The position numbers and the translations under genes are program-made. A stretch of 64,000 nt of DNA from Alphaproteobacteria bacterium (GTDB taxonomy: Bacteria > Pseudomonadota > Alphaproteobacteria > JABAAW01 > JAHZMA01). Positions within the stretch are counted from its first letter, which is position 1. Each line of letters begins with the position of its first letter. Positions 1 through 8,946 of this stretch are shown here, piece by piece. The DNA lies in assembly GCA_022599575.1 (NCBI GenBank), contig JAHZMA010000061.1, positions 4,480-68,479 on the forward strand. The letters are read 5' to 3'. The notes beneath the pieces were generated by a model. That model did no database searches. It saw only the letters and a list, made by a program, of their open reading frames with translations, and was not told the origin of the DNA.

Positions 1-1
1 C

Positions 2-313
2 CAGATTTTTTCATGGCCACAACATTCTATTGAGGCAAGGGTGCGGTTGCGTGGCATTGATACGCCCGAAATCAGAGGCAAATGTGCCAGTGAAAAAGCA
101 AAAGCGCAACAAGCCAAACAAAAATTGCAAGAATTAATCCCCGAAGGCAGTATGGTGATATTGCATCGGATAGAGCTTGGCACCTATGCGGGTAGAATTA
201 TCGCTAATGTGAGTAATAAAGATGGTGATGATATCAGCGCGATTATGCTCAATGAAAATTACGCCCGCGCCTATCTTTATCGTGAAGGGCGCAAAAGTTG
301 GTGTAATTTATAA
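2..313 (+). CDS. Thermonuclease (staphylococcal-nuclease-like, SNase fold) family protein, 5' end cut by window edge
   Basis: The frame is open from nt 2, with no stop upstream of the listed GTG at 41. It has the LRGIDTPE motif and a C-terminal YARAY...REGR pattern typical of SNase homologues. Confidence 0.6.
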   Translation, partial: QIFSWPQHSIEARVRLRGIDTPEIRGKCASEKAKAQQAKQKLQELIPEGSMVILHRIELGTYAGRIIANVSNKDGDDISAIMLNENYARAYLYREGRKSWCNL

Positions 314-379
314 TGTTTTATGTTATTTGCGATAATTATTTGCTATTATTAAGCTTGATACGATAACAGGAGGGTTGGC

Positions 380-1327
380 ATGAAAACATTTTTACCACTT
401 ATTTTTTATTCTCTCATGGTTTTATTATTACCATTTTACGCTGTTGCCCAAATGCAGGCACTACCGAGTCCAGGCCAAGCATTGATGTTTGAAGCCATTG
501 AAAATGGTGATTTAGATGAGGTCAAACATTTTATTGAAGAAGATAGTGCCAGCTATTATTTAGTTGTTGCCGACGAATATGGCTATACTGCTTTGCATCA
601 GGCCGCCGATTTCAATCAGCTGGTAATTGCCAAATATTTGATTGACAAAGGGATTGATGTTAATGCCAAAGCGGGCAATGATGTGACGCCGATATTTATT
701 GCAACTTATCGCAATTCTCCTGAAATGATAAAATTATTGCTTAAAGCGGGTGCTGATGTAAATGTAAAATCTGCCAAAGGTATCTCTAGCCTTACATTTG
801 CAGCGGGGGAGGGCTATGCGAATATTGTTGAGATTCTATTAAAAGCCAAAGCAAACCCCAACAGTCAATCGCATTATAATGGTGTTACCGCACTAATAAT
901 GGCGGCACAAAACGGGGATGCAATAATCGTGAAATCTCTGTTAAAAGCAGGGGCGAATCCGCGCGCCAAAGCCGTCAATGATTATGATAGTGTTGATTTT
1001 GCCAAAAAATATTTGCAGACAGCAGAAAACCCTACCGAATGGCAGAAAATAATTGATTTATTGGTCGCAAAGCATAAAACCGCACCGCCGCCACCGCCTA
1101 TGCCGCGTGCGCCGCGTGGCGATGATGCTGCAAGTCAATTTTTAGGCCAAACTGATGATTTATTCGATAAGTTTAATTATGCCCTTGAACTATATATGGC
1201 ACAAATCATCACGCGTGAGGATCTAACAGCAGAGCAAAAACAAGCAATGTTAGAGCAATTTTTAGATGATATGATAAATGATAAGATTGATGTTGATGAA
1301 TTTATCAAAGCCAATGGCGATAATTGA
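380..1327 (+). CDS. Secreted ankyrin-repeat protein with a proline-rich linker and an acidic helical C-terminus
   Basis: N-terminal signal peptide (LLLPFYAVAQ). About five ANK repeats (GYTALHQAA, TPIFIAT, LLKAGADVN, TALIMAAQNGD, LLKAGANP). APPPPPMPRAPRG tract. GGAGGG RBS about 6 nt upstream of the ATG. Confidence 0.8.
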   Translation: MKTFLPLIFYSLMVLLLPFYAVAQMQALPSPGQALMFEAIENGDLDEVKHFIEEDSASYYLVVADEYGYTALHQAADFNQLVIAKYLIDKGIDVNAKAGNDVTPIFIATYRNSPEMIKLLLKAGADVNVKSAKGISSLTFAAGEGYANIVEILLKAKANPNSQSHYNGVTALIMAAQNGDAIIVKSLLKAGANPRAKAVNDYDSVDFAKKYLQTAENPTEWQKIIDLLVAKHKTAPPPPPMPRAPRGDDAASQFLGQTDDLFDKFNYALELYMAQIITREDLTAEQKQAMLEQFLDDMINDKIDVDEFIKANGDN

Positions 1328-1354
1328 TTGCTAGAATTAATTGCTGGACTCAAA

Positions 1355-2011
1355 TCATCGCATCACATAATTTTGCGGACTTTTGCGCCCAACAATCAAT
1401 CGCCCTGGGCGTTCTACTGATTGCATATAATTAATCTGTTGGCTTTTGCTGATATGCCATCTGCCTTCGCTTTCATGTTTTGCCAAACGTTGGTCAAAGC
1501 GATTAGCGCGATAGAAGCCTTCATTCATAAAAATTATCAAAATACCTTCTGGCTTTATCACGCGCAACATTTCGGTGAGATGCTCCGCCTCAACATGCCC
1601 CGCCCCCAGCGAGCCCACACATAAACCAGCATCGTAAAAATTATCTTCTATTAATAATGGTTTGGTTAAGTCACATTGGGTAAGGTTGCGATAAATATTT
1701 TTAGCTTTTGCCTTATCCAACATGCCTTGTGCAATATCAACCCCATCAATCACAGTGAATTCTCTTTGTTGCAATTGGGCACCTACCAGCCCCGTGCCAC
1801 AGCCAAAATCGATGATTTGCATTTGTTTTTCTTCCAGCATGTCCGCAAATGCTTCGGCCGCAATTTTTGGCCCTAAATAGCCAAGTTCATTGATTAATTC
1901 ATTATCATAATGTTCCGACCATTGGTTATAATGTTGTTCCAAACTTTCACCTAATTTTAAGCTACTCACCTGCGATAGAGTATTGAGTGTTTGTTTCCGC
2001 GTTTCAACCAT
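1355..2011 (-). CDS. Class I SAM-dependent methyltransferase
   Basis: Motif I IIDFGCGTGLVG. I moved the start to the ATG at 2011 (MVETRKQ), which is preceded by a GGGAGA RBS. The 16-codon extension in the ORF track runs into the repeat and promoter region. Confidence 0.75.
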   Translation of the reverse strand: MVETRKQTLNTLSQVSSLKLGESLEQHYNQWSEHYDNELINELGYLGPKIAAEAFADMLEEKQMQIIDFGCGTGLVGAQLQQREFTVIDGVDIAQGMLDKAKAKNIYRNLTQCDLTKPLLIEDNFYDAGLCVGSLGAGHVEAEHLTEMLRVIKPEGILIIFMNEGFYRANRFDQRLAKHESEGRWHISKSQQINYMQSVERPGRLIVGRKSPQNYVMR

Positions 2012-2052
2012 TATATTCTCCCTTAATAAATTTTTGATTTTGCATTTCACTC

Positions 2053-2081
2053 TTGACAATAATCACTTAATAGCATTAAAT
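2053..2081 (+). promoter_or_regulatory. Putative sigma70 promoter of paralogue 1 (TTGACA-17-TTAAAT)
   Basis: Perfect -35 TTGACA at 2053-2058, 17-nt spacer, TTAAAT at 2076-2081. It lies about 37 nt upstream of the ATG and is conserved in all three units. Confidence 0.45.
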
Positions 2082-2117
2082 CAACATCATCCTTAATTTT
2101 ATGAAAGTATTCATTTA

Positions 2118-3632
2118 ATGAAAAAATATTTGTCAAAAAGAAATATTATTATTGCTATTGTTATTAGTTTTACTATTTTATTAATTGTAACAGTATCTGC
2201 TTATCGCCATATTGCAAATAATATTGACCACCATTCTGTGGACACTATTTTATACCAAAACCAGAAAGGGGATAGAAGTTTCAAAGCAAAATTAAAAATT
2301 TTTTCTCAAGAGAAAATTTTTATCTTTCGCAATCAAGAGTTGCTTAAACAAGAAATTCTTGCAAACCCGCTCTTTGCAGAATTTTATGACATTCCTCAAG
2401 CTTTCATAAGCAAAAAAGATTTTATACAACAATGGGTTTCTATATATTTGAAACAAAATACAAATGATTCTCATATTTTTTTCCAAAAGAATGAAACCAC
2501 AAAAAAGACAATTAATGATGTAGCCTATCAACTTGATTATTTCAGTGCCGAACTATTCACCACCACTTTAGATCAATATGGTCGCGCCATGTATCTACAT
2601 TATTATGATAATCAGCTTTTCTTTATTACTGGAGAAGGTATTTTAGGCAGTATCGACCTAACTGAGCAAACTATCAATGACAACCAGTTTAATGCACATA
2701 CAATCGCTTCTAACTTGAGTGAGTTTACTGATCCCAATTATGATGATTATGATAATAATATCAGAGATTTATTCATCAAGGACGGTATAATATATGTATC
2801 ACAAAATATCGCCTTTAATCCTGAATGCTACGGCACAATATTACTAGCAGGCACACTTAACACACAAAAAATAGAATTTAAGCAAATATTCGCACCAGAT
2901 GCGTGTGACCAAAATCATTTTAAGAATCAAGAAACAAAAGATTTCTTAATTGATTATAATATAAGCGGTGGTAGAATAGTTGATTATAAAAATGATAAAA
3001 TTTTGTTATCAACTGGTGATCCCCAACAAGAAGCGCAAAATAATAATACGCATGGTAAAATATTCTCTATTAATGAAACAACTTATTCGCGTGATATTAT
3101 TTCAATCGGACACCGCAATCCGCAAGGGCTTTACTACAATAAACAAGAAAACCTTATTCTATCTACCGAGCATGGCACTTATGGCGGAGATGAGATTAAC
3201 TTAAATAAAACGCCAGGGGATGATATTGAAAATTTTGGCTGGCCAATTGCATCTTATAGTTTTGAATATGGTTTTGATCCCGAAACTGATGTTAATGTTT
3301 TTAAGACATCGCATCAAGAACATGGCTTTGTAGAACCGCTTCATCACTATACACCTGCAATCGCGCCTTCACAAATTATTCAACTACCGAAAAAATTCAA
3401 CAATATAGCGCAAAAACAAATGTTGCTTGCTGCACTAACGGGTAGTAATCCAGACCCTCAATCAGGAGGCAATGGCATCACTCATTTTATTCTTAATGAT
3501 GATTACTCTATTAAAGAAAAAGATGTGTTTGAACTAGATGGTAGAATTCGTGATTTGATTTATGTTGAAACATTAAATGTTGTTATCGCCTATCACGAAT
3601 ATTCTAAATCCATCATCATTATTAAACCTTAA
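2118..3632 (+). CDS. Membrane-anchored PQQ-dependent sugar dehydrogenase family (glucose/sorbosone dehydrogenase, GSDH-like) protein, paralogue 1
   Basis: N-terminal TM helix. GHRNPQGL, GGDEINL, ENFGWP and STGD..QEAQ..THGKIF motifs characteristic of the soluble-GDH/sorbosone-dehydrogenase beta-propeller. Confidence 0.7.
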   Translation: MKKYLSKRNIIIAIVISFTILLIVTVSAYRHIANNIDHHSVDTILYQNQKGDRSFKAKLKIFSQEKIFIFRNQELLKQEILANPLFAEFYDIPQAFISKKDFIQQWVSIYLKQNTNDSHIFFQKNETTKKTINDVAYQLDYFSAELFTTTLDQYGRAMYLHYYDNQLFFITGEGILGSIDLTEQTINDNQFNAHTIASNLSEFTDPNYDDYDNNIRDLFIKDGIIYVSQNIAFNPECYGTILLAGTLNTQKIEFKQIFAPDACDQNHFKNQETKDFLIDYNISGGRIVDYKNDKILLSTGDPQQEAQNNNTHGKIFSINETTYSRDIISIGHRNPQGLYYNKQENLILSTEHGTYGGDEINLNKTPGDDIENFGWPIASYSFEYGFDPETDVNVFKTSHQEHGFVEPLHHYTPAIAPSQIIQLPKKFNNIAQKQMLLAALTGSNPDPQSGGNGITHFILNDDYSIKEKDVFELDGRIRDLIYVETLNVVIAYHEYSKSIIIIKP

Positions 3633-3638
3633 ATCATC

Positions 3639-3686
3639 GTGGATTATCTGCAATTAACATTGCTTGCCTTTGTGCAAGGCATTACC
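3639..3686 (+). pseudogene. Fossil 5' fragment of uppP (first 16 codons, MDYLQLTLLAFVQGIT) at amplification junction 1
   Basis: Near-identical to 6951-6998 (gtggattatctgcaattaacattgct.gcctttgtgcaaggcat.acc). It breaks off into the unit leader sequence. Confidence 0.85.
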
Positions 3687-3719
3687 TTCTTAATAAATTT
3701 TTGATTTTGCATGTCACTC

Positions 3720-3748
3720 TTGACAATAAACGCCTAATAGCATTAAAT
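3720..3748 (+). promoter_or_regulatory. Putative sigma70 promoter of paralogue 2 (TTGACA-17-TTAAAT)
   Basis: Duplicated copy of the 2053-2081 element with the same hexamers and spacing. Confidence 0.4.
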
Positions 3749-3797
3749 CAAGGGCATGAATTTAACATTATTTTAATTTTATGGAGATATTCATTCA

Positions 3798-5294
3798 ATG
3801 AGAAAATATTTGTCAAAAAGAAATATTCTTATCATTTGCGCTATTTTATTGATTCTGGTGATATTTGGGTATCGTCATGCTTCAAATAATATCACCACCC
3901 ATTCTGCAAGAAGCACTGCATATGCCCAAAGCGAAGGCGATGATGTTAGTCTTAAAGCAAACTTAAAAATTTTTATCAAAGAAACAATTTTTGTGTTTCG
4001 AAACCAAGAATTGCTTAAACAAGAAATTTTGAACAACCCACTATTTGTTGTACCTTTAGAACCCACGCAAACCTTAAAATCAAAAAATGTTGATGAGCAA
4101 CAATGGGCTTCAGTTTATTTGAAGCAAAATGCACATGATTTGTTTTTCCAAAAGATAGAGACTACAAAAATAAAACTCAGCAATAGGGACTATCAAATCG
4201 ATTACATCAGTACCGACACATTCATTAATAAGTTAGATAATTATGCCTCACGAATGTATCTACATTATTATGATAATCAGCTTTTCTTTATTACTGGAGA
4301 AGGTATTTTAGGCAGTATCGACCTAACTGAGCAAACTATTAATGACAACCAGTTTAATGCATATACAATTGCTTCTAACTTGAGTGAGTTTACTGATCCC
4401 AATTATGATGATTATGATAATAATATCAGAGATTTATTCATCAAGGACGGTACAATATATGTATCACAAAATATCGCCTTTAATCCTGAATGCTACGGCA
4501 CAATATTACTAGCAGGCACACTGAACACACAAAAAATAGAATTTAAGCAAATATTCGCACCAGATGCGTGTGACCAAAATCATTTTAAGAATCAAGAAAC
4601 AAAAGATTTCTTAATTGATTACACTATAAGCGGTGGTAGAATGGTTGATTATAAAGATGGTAAGATTTTATTATCAACTGGTGATTCCCAACAAGAGGCG
4701 CAAGGTGATAATACGCATGGTAAAATCTTTGCCATTGATGAAACAACCTATTCACGTGATATGATTTCAACTGGACACCGCAATCCGCAAGGGCTTTACT
4801 ATAATAAACAGGATAATATTATTATATCATCCGAGCATGGTCCTTATGGGGGTGATGAGGTGAATTTAAATAAAAATCCAGGAGGTGATATTGAGAATTT
4901 CGGTTGGCCAATTGCATCTTATGGTTTCGAATATCATTATGACCCCGAAACTGATGAAAATATTTTCAAAACCTCACATCAGGATTATGGCTTTGTAGAA
5001 CCACTTCATTACTACACACCCTCAATCGCAGTTTCACAAATCATTCAACTGCCAGAAAAATTTAATAATATAAAACAAAAACAAATATTACTTGCATCGT
5101 TAACAGGAAGCGCTACCCTACCGTTAGGTCGGAAGGGAATTACTCATTTTATTCTTAATAATGAGTATACTATCGAAGAAAAAAATCTGTTGTATCTAGA
5201 TGGTAGAATTCGGGATTTAATTTATGTGGAAACGTTAAATGTTGTTATTGGTTATCGTGAATCTACTAAATCAATTATGATTATTAAACATTAA
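3798..5294 (+). CDS. Membrane-anchored PQQ-dependent sugar dehydrogenase family (GSDH-like) protein, paralogue 2
   Basis: Same architecture and motifs as 2118-3632 (GHRNPQGL, ENFGWP). The central roughly 135 aa are nearly identical to paralogue 1. Confidence 0.7.
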   Translation: MRKYLSKRNILIICAILLILVIFGYRHASNNITTHSARSTAYAQSEGDDVSLKANLKIFIKETIFVFRNQELLKQEILNNPLFVVPLEPTQTLKSKNVDEQQWASVYLKQNAHDLFFQKIETTKIKLSNRDYQIDYISTDTFINKLDNYASRMYLHYYDNQLFFITGEGILGSIDLTEQTINDNQFNAYTIASNLSEFTDPNYDDYDNNIRDLFIKDGTIYVSQNIAFNPECYGTILLAGTLNTQKIEFKQIFAPDACDQNHFKNQETKDFLIDYTISGGRMVDYKDGKILLSTGDSQQEAQGDNTHGKIFAIDETTYSRDMISTGHRNPQGLYYNKQDNIIISSEHGPYGGDEVNLNKNPGGDIENFGWPIASYGFEYHYDPETDENIFKTSHQDYGFVEPLHYYTPSIAVSQIIQLPEKFNNIKQKQILLASLTGSATLPLGRKGITHFILNNEYTIEEKNLLYLDGRIRDLIYVETLNVVIGYRESTKSIMIIKH

Positions 5295-5300
5295 ATCATC

Positions 5301-5348
5301 GTGGATTATCTGCAATTAACATTGCTTGCCTTTGTGCAAGGCATTATC
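5301..5348 (+). pseudogene. Fossil 5' fragment of uppP at amplification junction 2
   Basis: Near-identical to 6951-6998, with the same breakpoint as junction 1. Confidence 0.85.
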
Positions 5349-5381
5349 TTCTTAATAAATTTTTGATTTTACACCTCACTC

Positions 5382-5410
5382 TTGACAATAATCACTTAAT
5401 AGCATTAAAT
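5382..5410 (+). promoter_or_regulatory. Putative sigma70 promoter of paralogue 3 (TTGACA-17-TTAAAT)
   Basis: Third copy of the duplicated promoter-like element. Confidence 0.4.
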
Positions 5411-5447
5411 CAACATCACCTTTAATTTTTATGGAAATCTTTATTCA

Positions 5448-6944
5448 ATGAAAAAACATTTGTCAAAAAGAAATATTCTCATCATTTGTGCTGTTTTATT
5501 AATTGTGGTGATATTTGGCTATCGCCATGCTGCAAATAATATCATCACCCATACTGCAAAAAGTATTGCATATAGCCAAGAAAAAGGCGGTGATAATAGC
5601 CTTAAAGCAAAGTTAAAAATTCTTATTAAAGAAACAGTTTTTGTGTTTCGAAATCAAGAATTGCTTAAACAAGAAATTCTTAATAACCCTGTATTTTCAG
5701 AATCCCTTGCCTTGCATAATTTAAAAGATAAAACTAATCTGGGACAACAATGGGCGGCAGGCTATTTGAAAAGAAGCACAGAGAATATCTCTTTTGATAA
5801 AGTGAAAACTGCACAAAAAACAGTTAATGATACTGACTATCAACTCACTTATTTCAGTGCTAGCACATTCACTGATGCGTTAGATGAGTATGGCACGGTC
5901 ATGTATCTGCATTATCATGATAATCAGCTCTTTTTTATCACTGGTGAAGGTATATTAGGCAGTATCAACCTAACCGAGCAGACTATCAATGACGACCAGT
6001 TAAATGCATATACAATCGCTTCTAATTTAAGTGAGTTTACTTACCCCAATTTTGATGAATATGACAATAATATCAGGGATTTGTTTATTAAAAATGATAA
6101 AATATATATATCAGCAAATATTGGTTTTAACAAACAATGTTACGGAACAATATTATTGGTAGGCACACTCAATACACAAAAAATAGAATTTAAGCAAATA
6201 TTAGCACCAGATGGATGCGACCAAACTTATTTTAAGAATCAAGAAACGCAAAATATTTCCATTGACTATTCAATCAGCGGAGGCAGGATAGTGGATTATA
6301 AAAATGGTAAAATTTTATTCACAACTGGCGACCCTAAAAGACAAGCACAAAGTGATAATACGCATGGTAAAATTTTTGCCATTGATGAAACAACCTATTC
6401 ACGTACCCTTATTTCAACTGGGCATCGCAACGCGCAAGGGCTTTACTATAACAAACAAGAAAATCTTATCTTATCCACTGAACATGGGGTTAAAGGCGGT
6501 GATGAATTAAACCTTAACAAAACACCAGAAGGCGATATAGAAAATTTTGGCTGGCCGATTGCATCTTATAGTGTGGAATATACATATGACCCAGAAACTG
6601 ACGAAAATATTTTCAAAACCTCACATCAAGAACATGGCTTCGTAGAACCGCTTGATTATTACACACCTGCGCTTGGCATCTCACAAGTTATTCAAGTCAC
6701 AGAAATTTTTAATAAGATAAAACAAAAACAAATATTAATTGCCTCACTCACAGGCAGCAACCCCGACCCCGCATCTGGCACAAGAGGAATCAAACATCTT
6801 ATTCTTGATAATAATTATACCATCATGCAAAGTGATGCGTTTGAACTAGATGGCAGAATTCGGGATTTAATTTATGTTGAAACATTAAATGTTGTTATCG
6901 CCTATCACGAAGAAGCCAAATCCATTATCATTATTAAACCTTAA
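5448..6944 (+). CDS. Membrane-anchored PQQ-dependent sugar dehydrogenase family (GSDH-like) protein, paralogue 3
   Basis: Same architecture (GHRNAQGL, ENFGWP). It is the most diverged of the three copies. Confidence 0.7.
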   Translation: MKKHLSKRNILIICAVLLIVVIFGYRHAANNIITHTAKSIAYSQEKGGDNSLKAKLKILIKETVFVFRNQELLKQEILNNPVFSESLALHNLKDKTNLGQQWAAGYLKRSTENISFDKVKTAQKTVNDTDYQLTYFSASTFTDALDEYGTVMYLHYHDNQLFFITGEGILGSINLTEQTINDDQLNAYTIASNLSEFTYPNFDEYDNNIRDLFIKNDKIYISANIGFNKQCYGTILLVGTLNTQKIEFKQILAPDGCDQTYFKNQETQNISIDYSISGGRIVDYKNGKILFTTGDPKRQAQSDNTHGKIFAIDETTYSRTLISTGHRNAQGLYYNKQENLILSTEHGVKGGDELNLNKTPEGDIENFGWPIASYSVEYTYDPETDENIFKTSHQEHGFVEPLDYYTPALGISQVIQVTEIFNKIKQKQILIASLTGSNPDPASGTRGIKHLILDNNYTIMQSDAFELDGRIRDLIYVETLNVVIAYHEEAKSIIIIKP

Positions 6945-6950
6945 ATCATC

Positions 6951-7775
6951 GTGGATTATCTGCAATTAACATTGCTGGCCTTTGTGCAAGGCATCACCGA
7001 ATTTTTGCCGATTAGCTCATCAGCGCATCTTATTTTACTGCCCTATTTCTTATCATGGGATTATCAGGGTTTAGAAATTGATATTGCGTTGCATTTGGGG
7101 TCGTTACTGGCGATTATCTTTTATCTGCGTGCCGATATTCAGCGCGCCATCATTGGTTTTTTTAATCTATGCGCGCAAGGATTCAGCAAAACGGAGAAAA
7201 CTGATTTTACGCCAGATAATTTGCCAAATAATTTATTGGCATGGCATATCATCATCGCCACCATACCTGCGGGTTTGGTTGGCTTTTTCTTAAAAGATTT
7301 GATTGAGATTTATTTGCGCGCACCGTTGATTATTGCATTAAGCTCGATATTGTTCGGGCTGCTACTGGCATTTGCTGACCGTATGGCGCAGAAGCAAGAT
7401 ATTATTATAAGCAATAAAGCGGCGTTAATCATCGGCTTTGCCCAAATATTGGCACTGATACCGGGGGTAAGCCGTTCGGGCATCACCATGACTGCCGCCC
7501 GTTTTTTAGGCTGGCATCGCACCCAAGCCGCCCGTTTTTCAATGTTGCTGGCAATCCCGATTATCAGCCTTTCTGGGCTTGTTAGCATTATTGAGCAACT
7601 CAGTAATAATAGTGATAGTTTTTTCTGGGCACAATTTTGGTTCGCCTTCATTGCTTCGGCTGTTTTTGCCTTTATTGCAGTATGGCTATTGATGCGTTGG
7701 TTGCAGAAATTTAGCTTTATGCCTTTTATTATTTATCGGATATTATTGGGCGTGGTGATTATCGCCTTAATATGA
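6951..7775 (+). CDS. uppP: Undecaprenyl-diphosphate phosphatase
   Basis: GTG start. QGITEFLPISSSAHL and PGVSRSGITM motifs. Multi-pass membrane protein of the expected size (274 aa). Confidence 0.9.
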   Translation: MDYLQLTLLAFVQGITEFLPISSSAHLILLPYFLSWDYQGLEIDIALHLGSLLAIIFYLRADIQRAIIGFFNLCAQGFSKTEKTDFTPDNLPNNLLAWHIIIATIPAGLVGFFLKDLIEIYLRAPLIIALSSILFGLLLAFADRMAQKQDIIISNKAALIIGFAQILALIPGVSRSGITMTAARFLGWHRTQAARFSMLLAIPIISLSGLVSIIEQLSNNSDSFFWAQFWFAFIASAVFAFIAVWLLMRWLQKFSFMPFIIYRILLGVVIIALI

Positions 7776-7802
7776 TTTACTGGTATAACTTACTGATATA
7801 AC

Positions 7803-8846
7803 CTATTCTATCTTATTGGCTTCTATAATTTTCTTATCTTCCGTCACTTCTTGCGATAATAATTGCGAATGATAGTGATGCCGTAGCGACGCATAGCGTC
7901 CGCCTTTACAATAGGCGTCCATATAAGAAGGCAAGATACTGCCCAAAGTCTGTGGTTGAATTCCTAATTCAGCCAAACCTGCCACGCGGTTATCGGCAAT
8001 ATTATCTTGTTGCAATAACCTTACTTGCTCAACAGTCAAAGGCGGTTTTGGTAACAGGCTTAAAAAACGTCCCATCACTAATGATAGCCATAAGGGCACT
8101 GATAGCAAAATACGCGAATAGCCAATCTCGCCAATCATGATTCGCATCATTTCTTTCATTGTTACAATATCAGGGCCACCCAATTCATAAATTTTATGTT
8201 TCGGCTTTTTTTCCAACAATAAATGATGCACTGCTACCGCCACATCGCCCGCATAAATCGGTTGAAAACGTGTATCACCGCCACCAATCAGCGGAATAAT
8301 TGGGGACACAAGCGCAATGCGCGCCATCATGTTGAAAAAATGGTCATGTGGCCCAAATACCAAAGAAGGGCGAATGATAATCGCATCTGGGAAAAATTTA
8401 TTCACCTGTGCCTCGCCTAATGCTTTGCTTTTGGCATATTTTATATTGCTATTTTCTGAAGCGCCAATCGCTGAAAAATGTATCAATCTTTTAACGCCCG
8501 TTTGGCTACAGATTTTGGCAACATTTTCCGCGCCTTCTATATGGGTTTTCTTAAATTTCTGCCCTATGGTTTCAGCAATAATGCCAACCAAATTTATCAC
8601 ATCATCTGAACCTTTAATTGCCAAACGCATTGCACGTTCATCAGTGATATTTGCCGATAAGATAATCAGCTGATTTGGGCTGGCAAGCGGCTTTAAATGC
8701 CCCGCACTTTCTATGTTCCGCACCAATACCCGCACCGATGCCCCAGCCTTTAAGAGCCGCCCAACAATATAGCGCCCTAAAAAACCCGAACCACCAATCA
8801 CGGTGATAATTCTGCCTTGCAAATCTGCTGATATAAATGTGGTCAT
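7803..8846 (-). CDS. Complex I NDUFA9-like NAD(P)-binding (SDR/epimerase fold) protein
   Basis: Rossmann motif VIGGSGFLGRYIV. Family pattern ...YAKSKALGE... and C-terminal LAELGI.P. I moved the start to the ATG at 8846 (MTTFIS). Confidence 0.65.
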   Translation of the reverse strand: MTTFISADLQGRIITVIGGSGFLGRYIVGRLLKAGASVRVLVRNIESAGHLKPLASPNQLIILSANITDERAMRLAIKGSDDVINLVGIIAETIGQKFKKTHIEGAENVAKICSQTGVKRLIHFSAIGASENSNIKYAKSKALGEAQVNKFFPDAIIIRPSLVFGPHDHFFNMMARIALVSPIIPLIGGGDTRFQPIYAGDVAVAVHHLLLEKKPKHKIYELGGPDIVTMKEMMRIMIGEIGYSRILLSVPLWLSLVMGRFLSLLPKPPLTVEQVRLLQQDNIADNRVAGLAELGIQPQTLGSILPSYMDAYCKGGRYASLRHHYHSQLLSQEVTEDKKIIEANKIE

Positions 8847-8946
8847 GATGCACCCAATATATCGGATAATCATGTAGCAATGCAAGAAAATAAGCAAAAT
8901 ATCTCAATATTAACAATTGACTGCTCAACCTTAATATCCTACAACA

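Larger units (their letters stand above)
2022..6998 (+). repeat. Three-unit head-to-tail tandem amplification (units about 2022-3688, 3689-5350, 5351-6998)
   Basis: Each unit carries the same upstream leader (cttaataaatttttgatttt...ctcttgacaataa...), one GSDH-like gene and the first 48 nt of uppP. Both internal junctions have the same structure: gcattaYc-tt-cttaataaa. Confidence 0.9.
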
